Shown: positions 18,841-30,913, numbered from the stretch's first letter. The stretch: DNA of 64,000 nucleotides from an uncultured Methanoregulaceae archaeon (GCA_963717525.1 OY970343.1:288001-352000), one strand, 5' to 3'. The notes: a model not told the origin generated them from the letters alone. Translations and numbers: made by a program.

Positions 18841-19534
18841 CCGGGCGATCACCGTTTTCTCGCCTGACGGCAGGTTATACCAGGTGGAATATGCCCGGGA
18901 AGCGGTAAAGCGCGGAACCACGGCAGTCGGAATCAAGGCGGAGGGAGGGATCGTGCTTATCGTCGATAAGCGTGTCAGTTCCAAGCTTCTTGAATCATCG
19001 TCTATCGAGAAGATCTTTAAGATAGACGATCACATCGGGGTCGCCTCATCGGGTCTTGTTGGGGATGCGCGGGCCCTCGTGGACCGGGCGCGGATCGAAT
19101 GCCAGATCAACCGGGTCTCCTACGATGAGCGGATTGAAGTCGAGGCTTTGGCAAAGAAGCTCTGCGACCACATGCAGACCCTCACCCAGTATGGCGGCAT
19201 CCGCCCGTACGGCACGGCCCTCCTGATAGCCGGGGTGAGTGACGGTGAATGCCGGCTTTTCGAGACCGACCCGTCCGGCACACTCCTTGAATATAAGGCG
19301 ACCGGGATCGGCATCGGCAGGCCGGCGGCCATGAAGGTCTTTGAAGAAGAATACACCCCGGCCCTTCCGATCAAGGATGCCATCCTCCTCGGGCTCAAGG
19401 CGCTGCACTCGGCAACCGAAGGCAAGTTCGACGTTGACACCGTGGAGATCGGGATCGTCGAATGCAGCACGGCGACGTTCAAGAAGATGACCAAGGAAGA
19501 AGTCGCATCGTACGTCGGTCAGTTTAAACAGTGA
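18812..19534 (+). CDS. psmA: Proteasome alpha subunit
   Basis: [23 protein letters not shown]. Confidence 0.97.
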   Translation: MQPQYQMGYDRAITVFSPDGRLYQVEYAREAVKRGTTAVGIKAEGGIVLIVDKRVSSKLLESSSIEKIFKIDDHIGVASSGLVGDARALVDRARIECQINRVSYDERIEVEALAKKLCDHMQTLTQYGGIRPYGTALLIAGVSDGECRLFETDPSGTLLEYKATGIGIGRPAAMKVFEEEYTPALPIKDAILLGLKALHSATEGKFDVDTVEIGIVECSTATFKKMTKEEVASYVGQFKQ

Positions 19535-19540
19535 TCCGGT

Positions 19541-20245
19541 ATGATCTCTCTTGAGCAGGCAGTGGTAGCCCGGCTTGAAAGCCACGGGGAAAAGTTCGAA
19601 ATCCTAGTCGAACCCCACCTTGCAGCACGTATACGACAAGGCGAGAACATCAATATCGAGGACGCCGTGGCTGCCTTAAACGTGTTCGGGAATTCGTCAA
19701 AAGCCACCCGGGCATCCGAGGAATCGCTGGAAAAGGTCTTCCACACCACGGATTTTGCGACGGTGGCAAAGAAGATCATCGAAAAAGGCGAGATCCACCT
19801 GACCGCCGACCAGCGTAGGGAAATGACCGAGGAAAAGCGCCGCAAGGTGATCAATTTTATTGCACGGAATGCGGTCAATCCCCAGACCGGCCACCCGCAC
19901 CCGCCAACGCGGATTGAGATGGCGATGGAAGAGGCCCGGGTCAATATCGATCCCTTCAAGCATGTCGAAGAACAGGTGAAAGAAGTCGTCAAGGCGCTCC
20001 GGCCGATCCTGCCCATCCGGTTCGAGGAACTCCGGCTTGCCGTGAGGATCCCGGCCGATAACGCCGCCCGCGCATACGGGGACATTGCGGCGGCAAGCAC
20101 CATGGAGAAAGACGAGTGGCAGAAAGATGGCTCATGGGTCTGCGTCGTGCGGATCCCGGCCGGCATCCAGGGCGAGTTTTATGATCTCGTCAACAAGATC
20201 AGCAAAGGCGAAGGACAGGTAAAGATCCTCAATCAAGTATATTAA
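19541..20245 (+). CDS. Ribosome maturation factor SBDS/Sdo1
   Basis: [33 protein letters not shown]. Confidence 0.95.
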   Translation: MISLEQAVVARLESHGEKFEILVEPHLAARIRQGENINIEDAVAALNVFGNSSKATRASEESLEKVFHTTDFATVAKKIIEKGEIHLTADQRREMTEEKRRKVINFIARNAVNPQTGHPHPPTRIEMAMEEARVNIDPFKHVEEQVKEVVKALRPILPIRFEELRLAVRIPADNAARAYGDIAAASTMEKDEWQKDGSWVCVVRIPAGIQGEFYDLVNKISKGEGQVKILNQVY

Positions 20246-20288
20246 TTGCGAGGACAAATATAGAAAGTCAATTCGGTGGATACCTATC

Positions 20289-20588
20289 ATGGCAAGCTCG
20301 GAAAACTCAGCAAAAGGAAAAGTAACCGGTAGTGCAGGGCGTTTTGGCTGCAGGTATGGAAGATTCGTGCGCAAGCGTGTTGCCGAGATGGAGAAGATCT
20401 CACGGGCAGATCACCGGTGCCCGAAGTGCGACACAATATCGGTACAGCGCCGGGGTACAGGCATCTGGGAGTGCCGGAAATGCGGGTACAAATTCGCCGG
20501 CGGTGCATACCAGCCTGAGACCCCGGCCCTTCGTGTCGCCCTCCGTGCTATCGACCGCACCAGCGTCGTTGAAGAGAAAACTCATTAA
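20289..20588 (+). CDS. rpl37ae: 50S ribosomal protein L37ae
   Basis: AGRFGCRYG, CPKC, GIWECRKC, FAGGAY. Confidence 0.95.
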   Translation: MASSENSAKGKVTGSAGRFGCRYGRFVRKRVAEMEKISRADHRCPKCDTISVQRRGTGIWECRKCGYKFAGGAYQPETPALRVALRAIDRTSVVEEKTH

Positions 20589-20600
20589 ACTGGACCTGCA

Positions 20601-20735
20601 ATGGCAAGTACCTACAAATGCGCACGGTGCAAACAGAAGGTGGAGATCGACGTTAACGTCCGGTGTCCCTACTGTGGCCACCGCATCCTGTTCAAGGAAC
20701 GCGGTGCAGCAATAAAAGAGCTCAAAGCCTTGTAA
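20601..20735 (+). CDS. rpoP: DNA-directed RNA polymerase subunit P (Rpo12)
   Basis: Hand-translated [44 protein letters not shown]; below the ORF-track cutoff. Confidence 0.93.
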   Translation: MASTYKCARCKQKVEIDVNVRCPYCGHRILFKERGAAIKELKAL

Positions 20736-20807
20736 AGATCCGGAGCCGGTTACCCGGCAGTCCCCTTTTTTATTCTTGTTTTTCCAATACCTTGACGAGG
20801 TAATCCT

Positions 20808-21050
20808 GTGCCGCAGCATGAAGCCATGTTTCGTTTTACAACCGATTACGCAGACCAGATCTACCGGTCGCTCCTTCCTGAGCTTCAGGATGAAGTGAAC
20901 CCACGGTCGGCGACCTGCTGCTGGGTCGAGGGAACCGACACGCTGGTCCTGCGGGTCGAGGCGCAGGACATCGCAGCGCTGCGTGCGGCGCTCAATATGT
21001 TCCTGCGACTGGTCAGCATTGCTGACGAGATGCAGCAGATCTCCTCATAA
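20808..21050 (+). CDS. pcc1: KEOPS complex subunit Pcc1
   Basis: IYRSLLPE, AQDIAALRAALN; conserved position. Confidence 0.85.
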   Translation: MPQHEAMFRFTTDYADQIYRSLLPELQDEVNPRSATCCWVEGTDTLVLRVEAQDIAALRAALNMFLRLVSIADEMQQISS

Positions 21051-21166
21051 GAATCTCATCGCCGTCCTCATGCTATCCTGATGCCGGTGCGGGGCCTGCC
21101 GCCGGCAAATGGATGCGGAATCATTTTTATTGCTGGCAGATGAACCTAGATACGGAAGATACGATC

Positions 21167-21529
21167 ATGCAAAACATATCCCCCAAAGTCCAGAACCAGT
21201 TCGCGATGCTCCAGCAGGTTCAGCAGCAGCTCCAGACCGTCCTTTCGCAGAAGACCCAGTACGAGATGGCGGTCCGCGAGGCCAAGCGCGCCGAAGAAGA
21301 GGTCAAGGATACTGCCGATGATACCCCCATGTTCATGAGCATCGGGACGGTCATGGTGCAGAAGAAGAAGGACTACGTCTCCGGGAAACTTGCCGAGAAG
21401 GTGGAGACGCTTGAGCTCAGGATCAAGTCCCTTGAGAAACAGGAGACGATGCTGCAGACCAAGTTCGAGCAGCTCCAGGCACAGATCAAGGCCGCACTCG
21501 AGGGCAAGAGTGCCCCGAATGCAGCATAA
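21167..21529 (+). CDS. pfdB: Prefoldin beta subunit
   Basis: Coiled coil, QQVQQQLQ, SIG.VMV, ETLELRIKSLEKQE. Confidence 0.92.
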   Translation: MQNISPKVQNQFAMLQQVQQQLQTVLSQKTQYEMAVREAKRAEEEVKDTADDTPMFMSIGTVMVQKKKDYVSGKLAEKVETLELRIKSLEKQETMLQTKFEQLQAQIKAALEGKSAPNAA

Positions 21530-21627
21530 CCTTTTTTAAAACGTTCCTAGCGGATTAGAATACCCCCCACAGTATCGGCTGGCCGGGTGTCGATCCGTTT
21601 TCCTCGTTCCTGTAAAAAACAGCAGGT

Positions 21628-23145
21628 TTAGTCCCTGCTGGTCAGGTTGATCGCGTTTACCAGCGCATCGACAGAGGCGAGCACGATATCGTCGCCGCTG
21701 CCGCTAGCATCGTAGATGTGCCCATGCTCGTCCTCTACTGCGATCGTCACATGGCAGATCGCGTCCGAACCGCCGCTGATAGCTTCAATATGGAACTCGG
21801 TCAGCTGGATCCGGGCCGGGATGATCCCCACGATCGCCTTGAGCGCTGCGTCCACGGGGCCGTTTCCTACACTGGAGAAAACATGCTCGGTTCCGTTGAC
21901 CTGCGCCCGAACGCTCGCCGTCGGGATAACGTGGTTACCGGTCATGATCGCGATATCGTCAAGCCGGAAGACCTTTTTCCCGGCAGCGATCCCCATAACG
22001 CTCTCGGCGATCTCGTAGAGATCGGCATCGGTCATCCGTTTTCCCCTGCTTGCGATTGCCTTGACCCTTTCTACGATCTCATCAAGCTGCGCATCGCCGG
22101 GTTCGATATGAGCATCTATGAGCATCTGGCGCACCGCATGCCTGCCCACGTGTTTACCAAGCGTCAGCCGGCGCCGGTGCCCGACCATCTCGGGGGTCAT
22201 GATGCCGGGCTCGAACGTCTCGGAGCACTTGAGGACTCCCTGGGTGTGGATACCACTCTCGTGCGAGAAGACGTTCTCCCCGACCACCGGCTGGGTGGGG
22301 GGATACCGATTCCCGAAAACCGGGACACAAGCCGCGAGGTCTCTACGAGGCGCTCCTTCTTAATCCCGGTACGGATACCGTAGATCGACTCCATGATCAT
22401 CACCGTCTGGGCGAGGTCGGCGTTGCCGGCCCGTTCCCCAAGGCCGTTGACGGTCACCTGCACCTGCGAAGCGCCGGCTTCCACCGCAGCGATCGTGTTT
22501 GCCACCGCAAGACCGAAGTCGTTGTGGCAGTGGACATCGAGCGGGCAGTCGACCTCGCGGGAGAGCCTGCCCATCAGGGTCTTCATCCCCGAAGGAGAGA
22601 TGACGCCTACGGTATCCGGGATGTTGATGATCGTTGCTCCTGCCCGTGCAGCGGTGCGACAGACCTCGACAAGGTAATCGCCATCCGTCCGCGTCGCGTC
22701 CATGGGCGAGAACATGCACATGGTCAACATGATCCCGGGCGTACCGGATAATCTCTTCGGTGATCGAAAGCACCTGCTCCCGGGTCTTGTTGATCGTGTT
22801 CTCCCGCTGGATGTCCGAGGTTGGGATGAAGACATGGATCATGTCGACATCACAGTCAATGCAGGCATCTACATCGGCTTTGACCGATCGGGCGAGACCG
22901 CATATGTTTGCCTCAAGGCCGAGCTTCCTGATGGCGGCCACCGTCTCTTTCTCGGCGGCCGACGATGCAGGGAACCCTGCCTCGATCGTATGGACACCGA
23001 TGGCCGAGAGCTGACGGGCAATCTCGATCTTCTGTTCAAACGTGAATGCTATCCCCGGGGTCTGTTCTCCGTCCCGGAGCGTGGTATCAAAAACGGTCAC
23101 GTCTTCATGCGCACGGCTGTCCGTGAAGAAGACGATCCCCCGCAA
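21628..23145 (-). CDS. LeuA/CimA-family alpha-isopropylmalate/citramalate synthase (two frameshifts)
   Basis: DTTLRDGEQ, PDTVG, HCHNDFG, GERAGNA, HESGIH, GNGPVDA across three ORF pieces. Confidence 0.9.
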
Positions 23146-23293
23146 AATCCTTGCGAGCCATGATCATTCATACGGCCCCGGATTATTTAAAGAAACCCTG
23201 CACCACGTTTTGTACCCTGTCGTTTTTGCGCCTAAACCGGGAGATCTTACGATATGTTTAATAGGAAACTATCCCTACATTATTAGGCAGTGC

Positions 23294-23400
23294 CCCGCCT
23301 TAACTCAGCCTGGTAGAGTGCGCGGCTGTAGTATGGTTTGCCGGTATCCGGCAACTGCGCGGCTACCGCGATGTCCCCGGTCCGAATCCGGGAGGCGGGA
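23294..23400 (+). tRNA. tRNA-Tyr(GTA) with anticodon-loop intron
   Basis: CCCGCCT/AGGCGGG acceptor (C1-G72), CGCGG-CTGTAG...ACCGCG with an insert of about 33 nt. Confidence 0.9.
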
Positions 23401-23416
23401 TATTACTGTAAAAAAT

Positions 23417-23489
23417 GCCCAGGTAGTGTAGCGGCCTATCATGATTGCCTGTCACGCAATCGACTCGGATTCGAATTCCGACCTGGGCG
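23417..23489 (+). tRNA. tRNA-Asp(GTC); integration site
   Basis: GCCCAGG/CCTGGGC acceptor, ATTGC-CTGTCAC-GCAAT anticodon arm, TTCGAAT T loop. Confidence 0.93.
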
Positions 23490-23579
23490 TACGTTTCTCG
23501 GGTAGGAAGCCCGGCTGACCCTCAACGTCCGCCGGCCACATCCGCCAGCTTTTTGAATACGCCGGGGCACCCGACCGGC

Positions 23580-24810
23580 ATGGAACCAAAAAACGTCCGT
23601 CAGCACGCACCCACCACACGGGATCGGGCGTTCCACATTCTGAAGCCGAATGCATACAGAAGCGCCTCGAAATTGCATACGAGGCTAAGTGGATTAAATA
23701 CGCCGACTGGATGCATATCAAGAATTACATCGAAGAACGGAGGGTAGTAGCAAACATCCAGGAACCCCGGGCCTTCAAGATCATGTCTGTCCTCGTGAAC
23801 TGGCGACGGTTCATCGGGCCGTTTGAACTGAACACGGCAGATGACATCTACCAGGGGATTGCCAAGAGGAAATCGACCCTTTACCGTGGCAAGCCAATCA
23901 AACAGAACACACTCAGGGATTACATCACGTTCCTGAAACGGTTTTATCACTGGCTGATCGAGAACAAGTATTCGAGGATACCATGGGATAAGATCAAGGT
24001 AATCAAGCCTCCCGGGGCTGACACCATGGCCACAACCGCTGAGGATCTGCTCACCGAGCAGGAGGTACTGGCCATGATCGATGCCTGCAGGAACTCCCGG
24101 GACCGGGCCCTTATAGGCGTTGGGTACGAGGGGGCTTTCCGGGCTATCGAATTGGCCACCCTCGAATGGCAGGCGGTAAAATTCGATCCGCTCGGCGTCG
24201 TGATCAACACCAACAAGAAAACAGAGAAGTCGCGGTACATCCGGCTCGTCTCCTCGGTCCCGCTATTCGCTGCCTGGAAACGGGATTACCCGTACGAACC
24301 GACCGGCGAGAACCTCGTGTTCATCACCCGCCAGAATAAGCCGCTCGAACACGGCCAGTTTACGGCGCAGCTCAAGAAGATTGCCCGTCGGGCCGGTATC
24401 AGGAAGCGGATACATTTCCACCTCTTCCGGGACAGCCGGGTCACCCACCTGCTCCAGCAGCATTGCAGCGAGGCAGTGGTCAAGCAGATGTGCTGGGGCA
24501 GCCAGTCAACCAAAATGCTGGGAAATTATGCCCACCTCAGCAGCGTGGATGTCGATAACGAGGTATCCGGTTACATGGCATTGAGCGCCCCGAACAGTCC
24601 ACTAAGTCCCTGATGACAGCCATCCAGTGCTCCAACTGCCAGGCCATCTGTGAACCCGGTACGCGGTACTGTGGGGTATGCGGTATGCCGTTGACAGGTA
24701 CAGGAAGAGCAGACCCTGGGGCAGATCGTAAAGAAGATCGAACGGCACCCGGTATACCAGTCCTTGATCGAAGACGTGAAGAAGCGTGCCAGTGAGCTGG
24801 TGGCCGCATA
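23580..24810 (+). CDS. Tyrosine recombinase/integrase with C-terminal zinc ribbon (frameshifted; core ORF 23711-24613)
   Basis: RDRAL...GAFRAIEL, HLFRDSR, NYAHL; CSNC...CGVCG ribbon in the next frame; ends approximate. Confidence 0.9.
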
Positions 24811-24968
24811 AGGCTGATCCGGGAAATCCCCTTTTTTAAATGTTATATATCCATGAGTTTATCTGATTCTTAATTATGATTTAATCCCCATATCTTCATA
24901 TATGCCTAAAAATAAAGTTTTATATAGAAGTTATAATCAATTTTTATAATCGATATGAGTAATGAAAA

Positions 24969-24995
24969 TTTCCTTTAACAGAGTGTTAAAGGAAA
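24969..24995. promoter_or_regulatory. Perfect 12-bp inverted repeat, operator-like
   Basis: TTTCCTTTAACA-GAG-TGTTAAAGGAAA in an AT-rich intergenic region. Confidence 0.45.
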
Positions 24996-25212
24996 AATAA
25001 CCTCTTTTGGCGGTTTTGTTCCATTTCACATCTAAAAACTAATATTTAAAAATAATGCAAAAAGTATTTCATGTAGACATGTGAACAAAAGCTGCGAAAA
25101 AGGGGGTTAAAATTTTGAAAGCGGATCGGGAAACCATCACCTTCGAACAATTCAAAGCGCTACCGTCGGACCTGCATCGCGAGGTCGTAAAGATCCTTCT
25201 TCGTCGGGGTGA

Positions 25213-25611
25213 ATGGGTTTTGAAAGACGATGCCGGGCTTGCCGATCTGGTTGGGATAGAGTTACGGGGGAAGTCCTGATGGGTACGACACTTCGCGGCA
25301 TGGGTGCCGATAAAAAAATCCTAGTTCTGGCTATCTTCAAAACATTTGGATATCGCGTTTTTACTTATCGAGAGGTAAGTGCCCTTCCGGAATTTGACCA
25401 TGCGACATTTTTCCGTCTGTATGCGGACAAGATGATCCTTTGGGCTTCAAAAAGCAAACCTCTCCGCTACCGTCTTGGAACACAATACTCACGAAGAACA
25501 CGCGGTTTCGAACCGGTATTGCCCTCCGGTCGATCCTGTCAGGTAGATTCTCAAAATGTTGTGTATATAAGTGGACAACGGTGTCAGGTCGAAGGGGGGG
25601 AGACCGTGTAA
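25213..25611 (+). CDS. Hypothetical island protein (possible small winged helix)
   Basis: ORF with FGYRVFTYREV...PLRYRL; true start may be the internal Met. Confidence 0.4.
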   Translation: MGFERRCRACRSGWDRVTGEVLMGTTLRGMGADKKILVLAIFKTFGYRVFTYREVSALPEFDHATFFRLYADKMILWASKSKPLRYRLGTQYSRRTRGFEPVLPSGRSCQVDSQNVVYISGQRCQVEGGETV

Positions 25612-25682
25612 CTATGACGCGTTATCCCAACTGCAGAGGTCTGGGAAACGACAGTTGAACTCGCTGGCTGCTGCGGGAATCA

Positions 25683-26036
25683 GTGAGTAAAACAATCAAA
25701 AAGAGGTGTTCAAACGATGGTGAAAATCGATGTTGGGGGGTCCCAATCAAGGCCAGCAACTGTCCCGGTACCCCCAAGGAAATCTCGTCTGCTTCCGGAC
25801 AGAGATGTACCGCCGCAGACAAACGTTCCCTCAACGGGTACAAAAAACGGATGTACCTCATGGAGTGCGATGAGGACGTGGCTACCGGTAAAACGAATTA
25901 CTGTAGAAGAATTCCCATCTACGATGAACCCATCCCGGGGACGGTACCCGACAGCCCGGGCAAAGCCCCGGAAGTGTCCCCAGGTGTCCCTCGCAAGGCA
26001 ACCGCAAATGGTGAGTGTACATTCGGCTGTGTGTGA
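25683..26036 (+). CDS. Hypothetical Cys-rich protein
   Basis: 117-aa ORF with multiple Cys; no family recognised. Confidence 0.35.
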   Translation: MSKTIKKRCSNDGENRCWGVPIKASNCPGTPKEISSASGQRCTAADKRSLNGYKKRMYLMECDEDVATGKTNYCRRIPIYDEPIPGTVPDSPGKAPEVSPGVPRKATANGECTFGCV

Positions 26037-26970
26037 CCTTTCACGACGGTTACCGAGACGGTTGGGACAAAGCACATCTCAAAAGGCTGATGGAGAGGAG
26101 GAACCGAAAAAAGACAAATTTTTTTGAGTATACTACCGTTTAACTACAAACTCATAAAGAACATTACGAGGATAAAATTGGAAATCTATATTGGTACAAG
26201 TGATCTACGCAATTCATCATCAGTATAAATACAATAAAAATATCGATAAGCATCAGCCTATTGAGGGAGTGCCCAAAAGAGCGCATAATATAAAGGAGAT
26301 GTAAAATGGTGAAAGAAAACGACGAATTCGAATCTGGGGACCTTTGGTACCTGGTGATTGGCGTATTCCCCGATGTTAATATGGTGCAGACTATCGAACA
26401 CCCTACCAAAAACAGTCATCCGAATAAACGGGACTATGTCTATTGGCCCATAAAACAGGCAGATGACCTGATTAATAAGGATTAACCTCGTCGAACATCG
26501 TTGTGAATATCAATATGAAATAGAGGGGCAGTACTAACGGGACCTCCCAAAACAATTCCCCCAAAAAACCTAGACGGCCGGCTTCCCGCTCTTATGAGAT
26601 TCACCCAACCCCTCCAGCTCCCTACAAATCACCGCAAACTCCCCCACACTGCCCCCCCCGGCACCGCTGCATACAATATAGGCCCAGCGCGTAACCAGGG
26701 GGCCAAAACAGGGATTCTTTTCGATCCGGTATACAATTCCTTATCAGAACATCAGATCTGCCCACAGAAACGCATGGTGGGGGTTCCCTGTCATATCTGT
26801 ACAATCAATGCTGTGCTATCAGACATGCTAGTAAATCCCGGGCACAATGAAGGCACAGATCAGTAAATTACTGTACCCGGTCCTATGGGGCCCATGTTGT
26901 CATACGTGGTATGCCTCGTCTTTTAGGAAAGATGACCGTCCAAAATAGGAATTGGGCCAACTAAAAAGAA

Positions 26971-28278
26971 TTAGACATTAACAATTCCAGGTCGATTAAC
27001 ATGTCTTGATAGACGAGACTGGATATCAACTAATAATTGATGACGAATTTGGCACAATGGTTTTTTCCTATGTTTGAGGGAATAGTTTCTTTTATTATTT
27101 TTAAATTCCTCAAATTCTGCCGTCATTAAATATCTGAAGTCAAATACAAGTTTGTACCTTTTCAGATTATATTCAATTATAGGAGATTTACATGAAGAAT
27201 CGCCTGTTTTAATTTTATTGGAAAATTCTTCCGGCCATAAGAATCCCAATAAAAATCTGTGTTTTTTCCATTTTTTATTAGCATAATCACATGTTGGAGT
27301 TGCTTCAAGGATTATTTTTTTTACTTTGCGTAATAGCTGATTTCGTTTAGGATAGGTTTCTAATTCTCCATTGAATAAATCATCAACTTTTAGAGGAAAA
27401 TTTCTTCGGGAAAATTCATACAACGTTCCCGGTTGGGGAAAATCTGCTGTCTCGGAAATTGAAAGCAGCAACATTGAATTTATTTTCCCTCGGGTTTTTT
27501 TATCAATAACAGATTCTCTCAAATCAGATAGATTTAAAATTGTTTTAAGATTTATCCCGGCAGAGTTGAATTCCGGTGAAGATATTTTTTTTTCAAAAAC
27601 ATCTGTCAAGGCATAATTAATCGTAATCAGTGCATTCTGAATCATTTCATTGCTATCTTCAATATTCAGATGGTTAGCCAATTGTGCAAAAGAAAGAGCG
27701 TAAAATATTTCACAGATATTCTTATCCCATTTAGTACTTGGCTTTGATAGGGATGAAATACTAGCAACCATCTCTCCTGCACAATAGTGTGCAATATTTT
27801 CCCAGAGTGTCAGAATCTGAAAAGCGCTGGATTTTTTTAATTCTCTTGAAATATTTTCTTCAAGCTGGGCGAGATTACAAGTTTTTCGTTTGTTTCTCGT
27901 TTCAAAACACTTGGATTTTTCTAGGTCCAAGAAAAAAATGGGCCGGTTTTTTTTAATTTTTGTTTTAAGCTTTTTTAACAAATCCGCATGTTTTGTCCAC
28001 CCAATTATCATATATGGACCATTATCAGATGAAATAATTCGATTTAATATTCCAATCGCGGTAGAAATTTTTGTTTCATCTGGTTGACCAATTGTTCCGA
28101 GCTCAATATCTAAAAAAACAATTCTTATCCCTGATAGAGGTTTATCGGGTAGTTGTTCAATTTCACTTGAAAAATATGTTGAGGGGATACCCTTTTTTGA
28201 TAATGTTTCTATTAATGGGTAGGCTTCTTTTTTATTGTCATCAATAACAACAACTCTGCCGCTTTGTGAAATATTCAT
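26971..28278 (-). CDS. Response-regulator receiver domain protein with uncharacterised C-terminal domain
   Basis: VVVIDD, IVFLDIELG (phosphoacceptor Asp), IIGWT; C-terminal TPTCDYANKK. Confidence 0.8.
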   Translation of the reverse strand: MNISQSGRVVVIDDNKKEAYPLIETLSKKGIPSTYFSSEIEQLPDKPLSGIRIVFLDIELGTIGQPDETKISTAIGILNRIISSDNGPYMIIGWTKHADLLKKLKTKIKKNRPIFFLDLEKSKCFETRNKRKTCNLAQLEENISRELKKSSAFQILTLWENIAHYCAGEMVASISSLSKPSTKWDKNICEIFYALSFAQLANHLNIEDSNEMIQNALITINYALTDVFEKKISSPEFNSAGINLKTILNLSDLRESVIDKKTRGKINSMLLLSISETADFPQPGTLYEFSRRNFPLKVDDLFNGELETYPKRNQLLRKVKKIILEATPTCDYANKKWKKHRFLLGFLWPEEFSNKIKTGDSSCKSPIIEYNLKRYKLVFDFRYLMTAEFEEFKNNKRNYSLKHRKKPLCQIRHQLLVDIQSRLSRHVNRPGIVNV

Positions 28279-30377
28279 GTATTTCCCTCATTTTTAAAGG
28301 CTAATGCAACAATTGCTCCATTCTTGAATTCATCCGGAACTGAAAAATCGCCCAGATCAGGGAAAATCAATAATCCTCCATGGACTTCCATAATTTCTTT
28401 CGCAATATGCAATCCCAGTCCCATTCCGTCAGGTTTGCCTGATACGAATGGTTTGGTAATTTCTTCAGTAGGCAAACCAAAACCCGGGCCGTTGTCTGCA
28501 ATAATTATTGAAAGATATCCAGGCAAATCATTGGAAAGGCTGATATAGATTTTTTTATTTTTAATGTTACCATATTCCAACCACCAGATAGAATTATCCA
28601 GAATATTCAAAATTGAACCGATAATGAGATTTCTTGCAACTTTACAGTCAGAATCTTCATTAAAATTCTTATAATCACGGGAAATTTCAATTTTATGAGA
28701 TTCCAAGCGGAATTCAATATTAAAAATTGCTTGCTCAATCAGATTTTTCAAATTCTGTTTTTTCTTATCTGATTTTTTAATAATCAGACTATAACCTTCG
28801 ATTAAATCTGCCAAATGTTTAATAAGCGTAGTAATTTTATTCGAGGGTTTTTCCGTCTTGATTACTTCATTTAATTCTGATATTATTTTGTCAATTTCGT
28901 GAATGACAATGCTTAAACTTAAACCCGCTCCTGCACTTCTTAAGAGTGTTTCACTGATAAAATTATAATCGTCATTTATTCTTTTGAGATATACTTTAAT
29001 TTCCTCTCTAACGGATTCTTCTTTAATTTGTTCATCAACAATTTTATTTAATTCTTCCAAGTTTGAAATGACCGGTTTTGATTTTGGATTTGATCCATAA
29101 AAGGTTCGTAATTTTTCTTTATCAATACCTCTTAGCGTTTCTACAAGACTTAGAACGTAAAGGATAGATTGCGCAAATGTAAAATACGCATCATTTTCAA
29201 TAAATCCTTCTCTGTTGGTTTTTTCAATCAAATCAGAACTTTTTTCCCGGTCGAGTTCGATTGCACTGATAATTAAATTATTACTGACTCTTTTCGTTGG
29301 AATATTGACTCTGCGGATATCAAGGGAAAGCCAATCATTCCCTTCCTCACCATAATCATATACTCTGATTCCGTCGCGATAAACACGGATCCCTCCGTTA
29401 TTATCTAAAAATTCCTTTAATCCTTTTTTGTCTTGAACACCAAGGGCAAGAATTTTTGGTTGTCTGTCAAAAATATAGCCCTCAAACTTGATTGTACCTA
29501 TTTGATATTTCCCTAAATCAATGGGCTCTTGTGATTTATCTACCATCCTTAAAAGTTTTGAAATATGCTCATCATCCTCTTTTACTGTATGAGGCTCTAA
29601 TTTCTTCATCGCTTTCAAGGGAGTAAAATTATAATTGAATTTTTTTATATAATTACCTTCAATTTCAACATTAAATCTGAATAATGCATTTTCCTTAAAG
29701 TTTTTAATAGTCAAAAGGCCTTTCAGCCAATCCTCTTTGTCAACATTAAACTTTGGTTTAAAGGAATCGGGCGAATCAAATGGCGAACAGATTGAAGTTA
29801 TTGCTCTGGAGACTTCTCTGACTTTTCCTCGGTTCCACGGGGTTCGGAATTTTTTGATGATAATTTTTGTTCCGGTATTCTCTCCAGTAAAGATTTCCGG
29901 ATCACGCTCAAAAATTGAAATTGTTACATCATCCAAATAGTCAGGCACCCCAAATTTTTTTTCCCAGTCAAAACTTAAAAAAATCTCGGGATTATCTTTT
30001 TTTCTTGTAATCAATTCGATTAAATTGCCTAATTTATGGGCTCCAAAGCGGCCTATGCCTTTCTCTCCAAGAGGTAATCTGTGATATTTGGGCGTACGTT
30101 CTTTTTTATCGAATAATTTTTGTTTATAATCGTTTCCAGGTTCCATCCATATTGTCTCAATTGTATTCAAATCCATACCAGATCCATCATCTTCAATGAT
30201 GATTTCCCCTTTTTCTGGAAACTCAGGATTTTTCATAAAAATATTGGCATAAGATGCGTCAGCATCATAAGAATTTTTCACAAGTTCGAGTAAGGCAATA
30301 CTCTCATTTTTGATTAATTGATCGCCTAATTGAAGGAGGATTCGTGCCTTTGGTTTGAATTTCAATTCTTTCGGCAT
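28275..30377 (-). CDS. MORC/MutL-like GHKL ATPase fused to histidine kinase
   Basis: N-term ELVKNSYDA, DDGSGM, GEKGIGRFG, GT; C-term H-box VIHEI, N-box NILDNS, DNGPG, PFVSGK, GMGLGL. Confidence 0.88.
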   Translation of the reverse strand: MPKELKFKPKARILLQLGDQLIKNESIALLELVKNSYDADASYANIFMKNPEFPEKGEIIIEDDGSGMDLNTIETIWMEPGNDYKQKLFDKKERTPKYHRLPLGEKGIGRFGAHKLGNLIELITRKKDNPEIFLSFDWEKKFGVPDYLDDVTISIFERDPEIFTGENTGTKIIIKKFRTPWNRGKVREVSRAITSICSPFDSPDSFKPKFNVDKEDWLKGLLTIKNFKENALFRFNVEIEGNYIKKFNYNFTPLKAMKKLEPHTVKEDDEHISKLLRMVDKSQEPIDLGKYQIGTIKFEGYIFDRQPKILALGVQDKKGLKEFLDNNGGIRVYRDGIRVYDYGEEGNDWLSLDIRRVNIPTKRVSNNLIISAIELDREKSSDLIEKTNREGFIENDAYFTFAQSILYVLSLVETLRGIDKEKLRTFYGSNPKSKPVISNLEELNKIVDEQIKEESVREEIKVYLKRINDDYNFISETLLRSAGAGLSLSIVIHEIDKIISELNEVIKTEKPSNKITTLIKHLADLIEGYSLIIKKSDKKKQNLKNLIEQAIFNIEFRLESHKIEISRDYKNFNEDSDCKVARNLIIGSILNILDNSIWWLEYGNIKNKKIYISLSNDLPGYLSIIIADNGPGFGLPTEEITKPFVSGKPDGMGLGLHIAKEIMEVHGGLLIFPDLGDFSVPDEFKNGAIVALAFKNEGNT

Positions 30378-30492
30378 AGAAGCATCGCCATAATACTTTT
30401 GCAATCAATGCTTGCTTTCATAGTAAGTATTATTTCGCATTCAAATCTGGAAGAGAGGAGTTATATTTAGGAAATTTGAATTGCTAATATAT

Positions 30493-30912
30493 ATGTCCGA
30501 TGTCCTCACTCAGGAACAGCGGAAACTCAACATGTCCCACATACGGGCAAAAAACACCGGGCCTGAGGTAAAACTCCGGAAACTGCTCTTTGCGAAAGGA
30601 TTCAGAGGATACCGGATTCACTTTGATCTCCTTGGTAAACCCGACATCGTATTCACAAAAAAGAAAATAGCCATTTTTATAGATGGCTGTTTCTGGCATA
30701 AATGCCCGGTCTGCTTTCAGGAGCCGGAGACCCGAAAAGAGTTCTGGATGAAGAAGATTCAGTCCAATATTGATCGCGATAAAAAAGTCAATGAACAGTT
30801 AAAATCAGAGGGCTGGACAATAATCCGGATCTGGGAACATGATGTCAGAAAAAAACCGGATGATGCTATAAAAAAGATAACAGAAACTCTGGAAAAAACT
30901 AGTAAAAAGTGA
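30493..30912 (+). CDS. vsr: Very short patch repair endonuclease
   Basis: DVLTQEQRKLNMSHIR..NTGPE, GKPDIVF, FIDGCFWH, GWTIIRIWE. Confidence 0.95.
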   Translation: MSDVLTQEQRKLNMSHIRAKNTGPEVKLRKLLFAKGFRGYRIHFDLLGKPDIVFTKKKIAIFIDGCFWHKCPVCFQEPETRKEFWMKKIQSNIDRDKKVNEQLKSEGWTIIRIWEHDVRKKPDDAIKKITETLEKTSKK

Positions 30913-30913
30913 A

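Noticed and set aside
23294..23400. Introns in tRNA-Tyr and tRNA-Met, and variant T loops (TCCGAAT, ATCGTAA)
   Set aside because: Anticodon-loop introns are normal in archaea; single-base T-loop variants cannot be separated from sequencing error.
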